Origin: Dipteris shenzhenensis | Taxonomy: Eukaryota | Direction: 5' to 3' (one strand) | Length of the DNA stretch: 64,000 nt | Assembly: GCA_047967505.1 (NCBI GenBank) | Contig: CM106538.1 | In this document: in pieces, positions 26,784 to 39,555 of the stretch | How the letters are laid out: each line of letters opens with the position of its first letter | How positions within the stretch are numbered: the first letter of the stretch is position 1 | Position numbers and translations under genes: made by a program | Notes under the pieces: generated by a model | Told to the model about the DNA's origin: nothing | What the model saw: only the letters and a program-made list of their open reading frames with translations | The model's database searches: none

Positions 26784-27638
26784 GAATCAAGATGAGATTG
26801 AAGTGAATGGCAGGTGCTCAGATCTAATCTCCGCATCTAAAGAGTTAACAGTATGGGCAAACCTAGACTCTGAGGATGAAACTATAGAAAACCAAGAGGA
26901 ATCGCATAGTGCAGACATGCAGACTTCAACTCAGTAACAATTGGCAAGACCGACGGATGTACAAGAAAGACCAATAAACCCTTGAGGATATTGACGAAAT
27001 GGCCAAGCAAATATTCGCATCCAAAAAAGCAGGTCAAAAGTCATAAATCTTCAAGGATTTCAGAGGCATTTATGTAAATATCTTTGAAACTGATAATGCT
27101 TCCAAAATTGAATTGTTCATGTAGATTTTGTAATTGCTATATTATTAGGTCAATAAGAACGATTATTGAACTTAGTCTGTCATCCTTTAACAACAATGAC
27201 AGGATATGATCAGTTTTAATTCCGATCTTGGCTTTCAGCATGAAAGGCTAAGAACGGTTTAAAAACCGATCTTATGAACTCCCACACAAAGAGCATGAGA
27301 GTAAGATGAAAGACTAATATCGATTTTATAATCGATCTTAACATCTCCCACTTGGTGGACTATGAGATGTTGAGATCGGTTGTAAAGCCAATCTGTTGTT
27401 CGGAAATATAACATACAATTCACTTTTGATTTGTGTATGGAAATGTAATGTCAGATTTGCATTTGAATTATGATCAATGCTTTTTTAACTTAGTAAATAC
27501 AAATTGTATCCTCTAATGTGATGAGACTCTTATGAGAATTGGAGATATAATCTAATACACCAAAATACTTAGGTTACCATTGTCAATGTAAATGAGAGAA
27601 TATAATGTAGATTTAAGCTCACATTTTTAAATGTAAGC

Positions 27639-29461
27639 ATGGAAAAAATTCATTGAATCTTGACCTCACACCTTGATACTTTTGCATGCCATGATATAAA
27701 TGGAAATCCCCTGCATATAGAAATACCACACAGGGAAAAATCAGATGAGTCAATGGAACATATTCAATGTTCTCCATCTATGACAACAAAGAAATTACTT
27801 GTACTTGACCTGAATGGAATTTTGCTCCTCAAGTCCAATAAACCTTCTGATAAACACAAAAGCATACAAATTTATAAGACAACATGGATTGTGCTTCGAA
27901 ATGGATGTGTTCAATTCTTGGATAGATTGTTTGAGCACTTTCATGTGTGCCTATGGTCAACTGTGATAATCAAGAATGTGAATTACATGGTTCATTTGAT
28001 GGAGAAGCTTGCAGCGAAATGATTTCCGTTCTACAAAATTATGGGGCAAGATCAATGCTACAAATCACTTACAGAGATATTAAAGAGACCGGACAAGCCA
28101 GGCGTTCAATGCATGTTTAAGCCCTTGCTTGCCATTTGGACAAATGATAAAGAGTTAAATCCTAGTAACACCTTGCTTATTGATGATTGTCCGTTTAAGG
28201 GCTGTGTAAACCCAGAAGAAAATGGTATATATCCAGATACTTTTGACATAGGTGAGACTGATGACATATTGAATGTTGAACTTCCCCCTTATCTCCTCCG
28301 ATTGAGAGATGTATCAAATATAAGAAATATTAGCAAGCTTGACCGTTATGGAAATGACCCAATACAATACAAATCATCATCAATATATGTATTTCAAAGA
28401 AGTGATTTTGGAAGGGGAGTTCACTACAAAGTACATAAAACACTTCTTGGAGGAATCTGCTCCAAGCCAAAAGATTAGTTTGACCAACTCAAGTCATTTT
28501 GAGATCGTCCAACATAGTAATCGAATGAGAGATGCTTGTGAGCCAGATAAGGAACAATCATCAAAATCCCAAGAACAAGAGCTCAAAACATGCCCAGCTA
28601 CCTTGGATTCTTCTAAACTAGATCTGTTGAAGAGGATAAAGCAGCTAAATTCTTTGAATGAGATGCAAGCTTGTTTGTATGCCTTGAAATTGGGTTACGA
28701 TCAATCATATATTACTGGAACTTCTGCCAAAGTGTATATAACAAGACTACAAGCTTCACTTGCATTAAACATGCAATAAATCTTTGAGAATGGTAATTAC
28801 TCATATTATTTGCTTATTTGTGATGCATCATTTTTGTAAATTTCCTTCTCATTATTTATGTGTAACTATTTAATAACTCATTATTTTTTTCTTTTACACA
28901 CAAGGTTCAAAGACATGCTGAAAGAATTGAAGAATAAAGTAATTCTTCACTTTGATTCTAAGTTGAATGGCGTGTGGGATCAAGATCTACCAAACCAATT
29001 GCTTCTATATTCAAGCTCTCAATGGTGTTGAATTTAAAGTGAAGACATCATCGATTGTAGGAGAAAGTTATGGCTTGCTTGTACATATGAATGTAAAAGC
29101 AAAGAAAGACCTTTTGATATTCAATGGCCCAAAGTATGATTACTAGAGTTGGATTACTCTTTGCTCTTACCTTCCAAGGTTTAGGACCTATGGCCTCCTC
29201 GAAGATTCAAAAGTTACACCAAAGGAGGACACACAATACATCGTAGGAGATGTGTTGTATGGTAATGTAGCTGGATACATCAATAGCTCTATTCATTGTA
29301 AGGGTAGAATAAATGTTATGTATGTATATGACTCTAGAGTACCACCTTGGATCGAAGACAAATGGGATGTTTTACCTACTGATATGTTAGGATTTATTGT
29401 TGTCTACTCTCTTAGAGATATCCATGCAGGAGAGGAGTTGTTTTGTGAGTATGATTTTTAA
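27639..29461 (+). pseudogene. cargo gene: FCP1/SCP (NIF) HAD phosphatase domain followed by a SET domain
   Basis: KKLLVLDLNGILL, LRNGCVQFLDRLFEHFHVCLWS, NTLLIDDCPFKGCVNPEEN (FCP1); probable intron ~28793-28904; VKTSSIVGESYGL, GNVAGYINSS, LRDIHAGEELFCEYDF (SET); several stops and frameshifts. Confidence 0.75.
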
Positions 29462-30640
29462 GATGTAAAACCTTTGTCATGATGTTGGTGTACTCCCATT
29501 TTAATTTAATATGTTGGTGCTTAATACCATCTTTTTCTTGAGAAAATTCACATTGTTTGGATTCACAATGATGGCAATTATATGAGCATGTTTGGAATAT
29601 TTCAATGGAATGATATAATATTTAGCCATATAAAAACTCAAAATCATATTCAAATACATGATTGTTTCTATTAATTTCCTCCACATCAAACCAAACACCT
29701 TTTATATTTAAAGATAATGATATAGTGTTGTCTATTAATATTTCAATGGAATGATATAATATTTAGCCAAATTAAAACTCAAATAGATCTTCGAATATAT
29801 GAATTTATCTAAAAATTTCCTTCCAAAACAACCAAAACGCCTTTGATTTTTGGGATTTAAAAAAAAATGGGAGTAGGGATTTTCCCAAAATTACTAATAT
29901 AGTGTTTTTTTCTAGATAGAATGTTGCATCATAGCAACAACAATGATAAAGAACAAAGGGTGCTTTATAGAAGTTATTTTTGGATTTTTCTAAAATAAAA
30001 GGTTGCATCATGGCAACAAAATTGATAAAGAAGACAAAAGTGATAAAGAAGGAAAATTAGAATTATTGCATATATTGCATAAACTACAACAAAAAAAATG
30101 TACAAAGTATACAATTAAGCCTTCACACTTCCTCATCTTAACTGTAGCTAGTCTTTGCAAATACCAAGTTCATAATAGAAACTATTTGATTTGTAGAGGG
30201 AAAGTGGGTGGGTGGAGATATCAACAATTGATGAAGCTTAAATTACTTAAATGAAACAACACAATAAATTGTGGATAATAAACAATGAGGCTAGGAATTG
30301 TATAGGTTGAGCAATAATAAATCCTTGTATGGATTTAAAGATGATTATTGGTCTTATCCTCTTGGATTTGCATTTGATTGAGAAAACGCAGTGGTTGATT
30401 TCTTTGGAAGTTGGTCAAATTAGAATGAATATCATACTAGAATATGATTATGCATCCATGAATGGTTTGAAGACTTGGTTGAACTCGTCATATAACACTA
30501 ATATTAGCACAAAAGTACACTATCGATTGTTTACAAACATTGCTTTGAAACATGATAGTTGCAAAATATATCATGTCTACTTGAAAATCTTCTTATATAT
30601 AAAAAAGACTATTCTTGACTTTAGATACAAAGTGACGTAA

Positions 30641-31252
30641 ATTTATATTTTTGCAAAACATGGCCAGCTTGTATTAAAGAGGGGGGTGGGGGGGTTAGAC
30701 CCTAAAAAAACCTCAAGTTCAAAATTTGTCAAAACTAAGGGGTAGAACTGCAAGGCCTATGCTAAAAGCAAGTGTGGACTCCCAAAAGGGTAGTATTTTA
30801 AACGACCAAAGCAGCAGCCACCTCAGCCAAAGCATGGCCAACCAAAGATTCTAGCTTCCCCACCACCATAGATAAGTTAGACAAAGAATATATTGCCATC
30901 CTTACCAGCACAGTTTCCATAAACCCCCCAACTATCGATCCATGAAACGCCTTTTGGTCTAGATAGACCAACAAATAGCCACTCTGATATATGGCGAGCA
31001 GGATGACAATGTAGACAGGAGCCCTACTAGAACCCCTAACATTTCCAGCTTCCAATATAGAATTTAGACATCAAACCCACAACCCATATTGCAACTTCCA
31101 CTTTCATCCACACATTTTGAGATGTCAGACAACACCAAACTAGATGCTACCCAAACTCAATCGCTCTCCCACATAGAGGAAAACATGGATTCAATTGAAA
31201 CCTCTTGGCCAGCATGACCCAAATCGGTAACCATTGATGCACTACTTTTCAA
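30641..31252 (-). mobile_element. 3' part of an L1-type LINE (zf-RVT region and tail)
   Basis: Minus strand reads *KVVHQWLPIWVMLAKRFQLNPCFPLCGRAIEFG*HLVWCCLTSQNVW, a CCHC zf-RVT pattern; A-rich tail near 30641-30655. Confidence 0.7.
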
Positions 31253-31941
31253 TGTTAGATATGCTCAATGCCCCACCCTCTTGGTAACCACTAGTGGTCC
31301 AAGATGCTCAAGTTGTAAGGCCCCCATATGAGGAGAAGCCATGTGTGAGCTTGGGACACTGGATGGATCGCATGTCAGATGAGACCGTTGAAGGTAGAAA
31401 GGAAATCTATGTGAGTCTAGCCTATGGGCTAGGCAGGGTAGGTAAGCTAGTAGCACAACGAGGCACATTGTCTTGATTGTGTGGGAGCCCCTTACTCTTG
31501 CTGGGGCTTGGGGGCCAGCTGGCCGAGGTCCCAGGGGGCCAACGAGTCCCTTGGTGGGGGTTCAGGAGCGAGAGCCTGAGGCAACAATATAAGGAATATT
31601 CCTAAATATTCCATGGATGACTAGTTGGTTCCACTGACTAGGTTGACTAGTCGGTTCCACCGACTACGTTGATCCGACTATTGCCCTCATGGCTATAAAG
31701 AGGCGACCTTCCTAGTCCATTGTACCAGATCAGATCTTCCAGCAGAGCTCTTCTAGTTAGTAGCTCTTCACCTAGTATCTGTTTAGATCACCATCTAAGC
31801 TCCACTGTGGGAGCGCACAAGTGGACGGAGCCATCATCTGTACTACATTAGTATTGAAGGAAAATTTTGTTCATCTCTAGTTTGCTGTGTACTCTCTATT
31901 CTTTGTTCAGTTTTTGTTCCACCGCGCCGTGTAATTTAACA
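31253..31941 (+). repeat. 5' LTR of copia B (689 bp)
   Basis: TG...CA termini followed by the PBS; its start is repeated at 35872-35892. Confidence 0.9.
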
Positions 31942-34900
31942 TGGTATCAGAGCCCAAGTGGCTCTAAGGATCAAAGAGTAGAAGAGAGGCGAGGGCTTCA
32001 ATAGCATACGGAGTGATGGCAATAGGAAGCGGTTCGAGTTCAGCAGTTGCAGCTGCATCAACTGCACCAACAACCCAAGAGTTGAAGATTCGGCCACCAG
32101 CCTTCCAATATGTTCCAGGCCATAGTTGCCTTAGATGTAGGCTAAATTAAGGTCAAAACACTATTAGTAGTACTTGTAACCAAGGCACATAGAGCATCTA
32201 TGTTCCTACGTTTCCAAGCTCGTAGAAGGTCGGCATTAGGAGGTATCGTACTCCCCAGATTTGTTGGGTCAAGGGTTCCTTGTGGTTCTAGGTCAGTCCC
32301 CAGTACTGTCTCCAAAAGCTCATATGAATCCAGAATAGCAGTAATTTTAAACTTCCACAGAGTGTAGTTTGTACCATTAGTCAGTATGAGACGCGGAATC
32401 AAACAAGGATCCAGAACCAAGAGAATCAGTTGGCAGTTGAGAAGTTTAATGAAGGAGAGACAGTGGAGGCATTCATAACCCGAATCAAAAATCTGCATGA
32501 CCAGATGGCTGGTGCTGGGATACAAAAGACTAGCGAAGAGCTAGCTCGGTGGTGTCTTCGGATATGTCCACCAAGGTTTGATGGATTGGTAATAGTGTTG
32601 AACACTCAGGTGAGTCCCCAACCATTGTCATTTGAGGAGTTTTGTGCTTTACTTATGGAGGAGGAATTGAGGCTTAAAGCTCAAGATGGAGGCGGCAATG
32701 GGGATGCTGCGTTCTCTGCCACTGCGAAAGGCAAAGGTGGTTCCTCCACCAAAGGTGAGTCCTCTACTAGTGGTGACAAAAGGAAGAAGGGTGGCAAGAA
32801 GAAGTTTCAGGGAGAATGCTTCTACTGAAAGAAGAAGGGCCATGTGATTGCAGATTGTCAGGTCAAGAAAGCAGATGAAAAGAATGGTACCCTGAAGAAG
32901 ATAGATAAGGGAAAAGAGATAGCTAACACAGTGAAAGCAGAGTTGGATCTATTTTTAGCCATTGAGGAAGAGTGTTCCTCAGTTCAAGAAGCTTCAACCA
33001 CTGATTCATGGGTGTTAATATGTAGTGCCTCCCATCACATGACTTGCAAGAAGGGTCTATATTGTTCCATGCATCCTCTACAGGAACCCATCACCATGAT
33101 GGTTGGAAATAACACAAAATGCCATGTTGAGGGTACAGGTATGGTTTCATTTGTTTCTATAAATGAAGATGTTAAGAAACTATCTAATGTGCTGTATGTT
33201 CCACAAATCAAGAGAAATTTGCTATCAGTTGCTTCCATAACTGACCTTGACCATGAGGTGAGGTTCAACAAGACAAGAGAAAAAATTCTAGATAGTGCAG
33301 GTAATCTTGTTGGCACAAGAGTAAGGAGGAGCAACCTGTCTGAACTAAGTGCTCTTACAACCTCCGCTGGAGTGGGCACAAGCAGACTTTGGCATGAAAT
33401 ATTCAACCACATTGGATTTGCAGTGCTAAAGGAGATGCAGAAGCAAGGTATGGTTGCTCACTTACCTGCAGTTGCAGAAATCAATGAACCATGTGAAGCT
33501 TGCATGATGGGCAAGCAACAGAGAAAGGCATTCCCACAAGAAAGCAAGAATAGAGCAAATGCTCCTCTAGAGTTGGTGCGTGTTGACTTGTGTAGTAAGA
33601 TGCCTACACAGGCCTTGGGGGGATCTTCCTATTTTTTATTGATTGTCGATGACTATAGTAAGAAGATGTGGGTGTACTTTCTTTGTGAAAAGGCTCAAGA
33701 TTTCGGTAAATTGAAAGAATGGCTATAGCTTGTTGAAAATGAAATAGGGAGAAAAGTGAAGAAAATCAGATCAGATGGTGGTGGTGAGTCTATTTCTATA
33801 GAGTTTGGAGGCTTTTGCAAGAGCAAAGGGATCAAGCGACAAACGACAACATCACATAGCCTCAACAAAATTCGGTTGTTGAATGCCGAATGCGGACCAC
33901 CATGGAGATGGGGAGGTGTATGTTGAAAGGTGCTGGACTGCCAAACCACTTTTGGGCTGAGGCTGTCAATACTGCAGTTTACATCCTTAATCGCAGCTAT
34001 ACAAAGGCACTCAAAGGTAAAACACCACATGAGGCTTACAACGGTAAGAAGCCATCTATCTCCCACTTCAGAACGTTTGGGTGTGAATGCTATGCGCATG
34101 TACCAGACAAAGAGAGAAACAAGCTACAACCAAAAAGCACCAAATGTATCTTCTTAGGCTATTGTGATGAGAAGAAAGCCTATAAGTTGTATGACTGATA
34201 GGCAAAGAAGATCTCAGATGCCTATGTCTATTGAGCAGCATGCAAATGGACCAAGGCAGTCTTAGAGAATCGAGGAGCAAAGGAGGGCTTCTGCTCACAT
34301 AATCAATATGGCCTTGATGGCTGAGATTATTGCAAAAGTAAAGGAGCCTGCAAGTTTGGAGGAAGCACTTGCAGACCGAGATTGGAAAAACACTATGCAA
34401 GTAGAATATGACAGCATCATGAAGAATGAAACTTGGGAACTAGTAGATCGACCACCTAACAAAAGGGTTATTGGCACCAAGTGGGTTTGGAAGGTAAAGT
34501 ACAAGGTCGATGGGACTTTGGAAAAGTACAAAGCTAGTTGGTTGCACAAGGATTTTTGCAGATTGAAGGGTTTGATTTTCAGGAATCTTTCACTCCGACT
34601 ACCAGAATGACCACTATTCAAACAGTACTATTGGTGGCTACTCATAAAATGTGGCCAATTTATCAAATGGATGTTAAATCAACATTCTTGAATGGTGACC
34701 TCAAGGAGGAGGTGTACATGGCTCAGCCACCTAGGTTTGAGGCTCCCCATTCTGAGAACAAGGTATGTAAGCTGAAGAAGGCTCTGTACACGGGCTGAAA
34801 TAGGCCCCAAGAGCATGGTACCAACGAATAGACAAATTCTTTCATAAATTAAACTTCAAAAGATGTGCCTCAGATGCTAACTTGTATGTGTATAGGAAAG

Positions 34901-35892
34901 GTGGAAAATCTGCTATTATTGTTCTATATGTGGATGATCTCCTTATTACAAGTGACTATGAAGACATGATCCAATAGACTAGAAAGCCGTTGAGCACAGA
35001 GTTTGAGATGACAGACTTAGGCTTGATGCACTACTGTTTGGGGATTGAAGTCTAGCAAGAGCCAGGCAAGATCTTCATCTTTCAACAAAAAATATGCAAG
35101 GAAGATCTTGAAGGCATTTGGTATGTCCAAGTGCAAGGAGATAGCTACACCTATGGAGGTAAATGCGAGGCTATCTATGGAGGATGCCTCACCACCAACA
35201 AACATCGAGAGGTAAAGAAGTTGGTTGGCAGTCTCATCTATCTGTGCAACACTAGACCAGACATCAGTTTTGCTATTGGTGTTTTGAGTAGGTTCTCCAA
35301 TGAGCCTCGCGAGAATCATTGGAATGCAGGGATGCGGGTGCTTAGGTACTTATGGTATGGGCACTTCCTTGGCTGGTCATTGTGACTCAGATTGGGCTGG
35401 AGATTTTGATTCTAGGAAATCAGTTTCTGGATATTTTTTCTCTTTAGGTTCAAGTATCTTCTCTTGGATCAGTAAGAAACAACCAATAGTGGCATTGTCT
35501 TCTACTGAGGCTAGCATGTTTTGCTGCTTGTGAAGCAGTGTGGCTGAGGAGGATCTTATGGCACATGGGAGTGCAAGAGGATGAGGCAACTATGCTAAGG
35601 TGCAACAATCAAAGTTGCATGGCCATTGCTAGAAGTCTAGTGTTTCATGCGTGCACAAAACATACTCATGCGCGCACAAAACATATAGAGATTCAATATC
35701 ACTATGTGCATGATTTAACGGGATAGTGGAATTGGTCTACTATCCAATAGAGCAAAATGGAGCAGATATCTTCACCAAGGCACTCGGGAAGGATCAGCTT
35801 CAGGGTCATCTTCAAAGACTTGGCATTGGGTCGAGAAGGTAATTCACCTACGGGTGGACATTGAGGAGGGGTGTTAGATATGCTCAATGCCC
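31253..35892 (+). mobile_element. Ty1/copia element B, degenerate; 3' LTR interrupted after 21 bp
   Basis: 5' LTR 31253-31941, PBS TGGTATCAGAGC 31942-31953, gag/INT/RT/RH fragments (LWHEIFNH, VDLCSK, LYVDDL, LSSTEA), PPT TTGAGGAGGGG, then TGTTAGATATGCTCAATGCCC at 35872. Confidence 0.93.
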
Positions 35893-36616
35893 TGTAAGAA
35901 AACAATACGTCTGTGCTCAACAGATAATAGGATCTCGTATGCAAGAGAGAAAAGAAGATAGTATGGAGAATCAAAAATTTGATTACTGTAAAATTGATAC
36001 AATAGATGGCGCTGCCTCCCAGCCATGCGCTCCTGTGTGAGAAGCTTCGATGGCATGCTGGAAACAGTAGAGGACGGAGGCTGGATGCTAAGGAATCAGG
36101 GTTGTTGTAGCCAGTGATGATAATGGGCTTCACGAGCTTGCTCTTATATAGCCACCACTCATAGTCGGTTAGACCCAATTGGGTGACTGACCCAATCCGC
36201 CCAAAATGGCCGACTGGGAGTGAAATAGGCCACCGACCACACGATAGAACTGTGGCACAAAATAGAGCAACTGACCTATGGTTACCGTTCGGCCCACAGC
36301 CATCCGGGATCATTTGGGGCTCCAAACAAGCCTCTCAACCTAAGAGTGGGGCTACCCCAGGAAATGCTCTGTCTACCCTTAGTGCGGTCAGTCATGGGAT
36401 GCCTTCCCACACTTGCATGTAGCCTACTTAGCAGTGTGCCAACTCTATCTGAAGCCGTCCAGCCATCAGGACACACATGGCCCCCATTTGGTGTCCAAAC
36501 TAGGACCTACTGGATAACCGAGCTACTCAAATGCCTTCTCCTCATATGGGGGGCTTACAAGTAGAGTTAGCTGGTTCTCGCGTACTCACACAAGAGTGGA
36601 GCATTGATATCTAACA
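35893..36616 (-). repeat. 3' LTR of copia C
   Basis: TGTAAGAAAA...TATCTAACA, colinear with 4591-5323. Confidence 0.93.
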
Positions 36617-39555
36617 CCCCCCCTTAATGTCCACCTGCAAGTGAACTTACTTTTTCGGCCCAATGCCAAGTCGATGAAGATGCCTCTCCAGCAAGTCTCT
36701 TCCAAGAGCCTTCGTGAAGATGTCCGCAGCATTCTTTGTAGTCGGACAGTAAACCAAGTCAACCTCTCCATCCATAATGAGCTCGTGTACAAAGTGATAT
36801 TGAACCTCAATGTGTTTTGTGCGAGCGTGGAACACAGGGTTCTTTGCCATTGCCATGCAACTCTGATTGTCACATGATAACTGCGTAGGCTTGTTCTGCA
36901 CTACACCCATGTCCCTAAAATCCTCCTCAACGACACTGCCTCATAAGAAGTAAAACATGCTGATTTGTACTCAGCCTCGGTAGAAGAAAGAGCAACTGTT
37001 GGCAGATCTAAGTGAGAAACAGTAACCTATCACTGATCTCCTGCTGTCCATGTCTCCTGCCTAATCCGAGTCACAGAATCGGTCAAGATGTTGCCCTCGG
37101 TATAGGTGATGCCATAATCAAGTGTGCCTTTGATGTATTTCAGCACCCGCATCCCTACCCTCCAATGGTTCTCCCGGGGCTTATTGGAAAACCTGCTTAG
37201 TACACCAGTCGCAAAGCTGATGCTCAGCTGCATGTTGTACAAGTAAATCAAACTGCCCACAAGCCTTCTATACTTTGCTTTTCATCCACTAGTGGTGATG
37301 AATCCTTGTTTGAGAGCTTCACATCAACCTCCATAGGGGTGCCAACTGTCTTGCACTCAGCCATGCCAAATGCCTTCAATATCTCTCCAACATACTTTAG
37401 CTATGAAATGAAGATCTGTTTTGGCTCTTGCCAAACTTCAATCCCCAAACAGAAATGCATTAGTCCGAGGTTTGTTGTCATTTCAAACTCTCTTCCTAGC
37501 AAATGCTTTGTTTGCAAGATCTTCTCTTCATGGTTCCCTATTATGACAAGGTCATCCACATAAAGGACCACGATCATACACTTGCCTCCTTCTCTGAAGA
37601 TATACAAATTTGCATCATATGGGCACCTCTTGAACCCGTTTTGTAGAAAGTAGTCATCAATCCACTGGTACCATGCTCGTGGGGCCTGTTTCAATCCATA
37701 AAGTGCCTTCTTCAGTTTACAGACTTTACCTTCTGAACCGAGGATCACAAAACCTGGTGGTTGTTCCAATTACACCTCCTCCTTGAGATCTCCATTCAGA
37801 AAGGCAGATTCTACATCCATCTGAAACACGAGCCAACTTCCCTGGGCTACTAAAGCCGAAACACTGTGAATTGTGGTTAGTCGAGCTGTGGGAGCAAAAG
37901 TATCCTGATAATCAAAACCATGTACCTGTACGAATCCTTTTGCCATGAGTCAAGCATTGTACTTATCTAACGTGCCGTCGGACTTGTACTTGGTCTTGTA
38001 CACCCACTTGGTGCCGATTACCTTGCGTTTTGGTGGTCGATCCACAAGGTCCCAAGTGTTGTTCTTCATTATGGAGCCATACTTTGACTGCATAGCCTCC
38101 ATCCACCTATCATCACCATGTGCCTCTTCAAGACACTTGGGTTCTTCAGCACGGATCACCTTTGTCATCAAAGCGTAGTTGACCAAGTGTTCCTGCGCCC
38201 TTCTTTGCTCCTCTAATCTCTTGGACCGGCAGTGTTCCGATGGTTCCTCCTCAATGGCTGGAGGTTCTCTACTATCCAAAAGCTGCTTTACCCACTTCGG
38301 GAATGGCCGTTGCCATTGTGGTTTCACAGGCTCTTCTTCCTCTTCTTTATCTTGAATCTCCCAAGCACCATTAGGGGAGTTTGGTCTACTATTGGTGGTT
38401 GTACTGGATGGATATCCTGGTCCTGGTTGTCTGGGAAGGAAGCATCCTCCTCCAATTGATGTGGCTGTTCTGAGAAGACCACATCGTGACTTACTATTAC
38501 CTTCTTGGTAACAGGGTTATAGAGACGGTAAACCTTTGGCTCTTCACTATAGCCCAAGAAAATACACTTCTAGCTCTTTGGTTCCCATTTGGTCCTGAGG
38601 GCATTAGGAACATGCACAAAACAGTCACATCCAAAAACTCTAAAAGGTGCAGCTGAGGGTTTCTTACCAGAAAAGGCAGGTATACCAATCCTTCTAACTG
38701 GTCATGTGGTGCAATGCACCACTATCAATAATCCAAGGTTCTTTTGCAGGTACATGAACTGCCTCCGTGCAAATCTCCTCAATTGCTACAAATAGCTCTA
38801 CTGGTACTGCCTGTGCACTATTGCTGGACTCTTTCTTTACTCCGTTCTTCTCATCTACAATCTTCTTTTGGCACTCATTCTGCTTGTGCCCTGCCTTATT
38901 GCAATAGAAGCACTTGACCTTCTTCTTTCTCTTTTTATCATTAGAAGAAGATGGGTTACCAGAGTCCTTACCCTTACCTTTCTTTGATCCAACCGAGAAA
39001 GCCGAATCCTCATCTTTTGATGCATCTCCTCCAGAAGCATTGCGTTGAAATCCTCAAAGTTGAGGGGTGGATTTCTGTTCTGCGGATTCAGTGCCGTAAC
39101 AAAAGCTTCGTACTTTGGTGGGAGAATCCATATGCACCTTCGTGCTAGATTCTCGCTGGTGATGGTGATGCCAATTGCAGTCATCTAGTCGTGTAGATTC
39201 TTCACCTTGGTGATGAACTTCTCTGCTGCTTCAGACTTAGATAGTTTCTCGTTCGTGAGTTGAGTCTCCAGATTCTAAATCCGCATCTGATTCGTGGTCT
39301 CGTACTGATTTTTCAAGACCGTCCATGCCCCCTCTGATGTGGTGACATGTTGAATTAATGCCATGATGGAATCACTTACACTGCAGACAATAGAACACAG
39401 CGCATCTGCATTTCTTCTTGTCCACACGAGAATCTCATCCGTAGTTGGTAATATCTGTTGTTCTACATTGGCTGGATCCGGTCTTGCAACCGGCTTCACG
39501 TCCACCCCAATAGCAATATCCCAAAGCTCATATGCGCTTAGGATGGTCTTCATCT
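35893..39555 (-). mobile_element. Ty1/copia element C (same family as A), 5'-truncated and internally deleted
   Basis: 3' LTR 35893-36616 matches the LTR of A; PPT at 36617; RH/RT/gag align with A; ends within gag at 39555. Confidence 0.93.

Larger units (their letters stand above)
16500..29700. mobile_element. large Sola-like DNA transposon with cargo genes (ends not determined)
   Basis: DDD transposase plus two divergent cargo genes; a private palindrome family runs from 19.5 to 27.4 kb; AT-rich; TIRs/TSD not found, so boundaries are approximate. Confidence 0.6.

Noticed and set aside
14600-30640. Terminal inverted repeats for the Sola-like element
   Set aside because: No convincing inverted match found by eye between 14.6-16.5 kb and 29.5-30.6 kb
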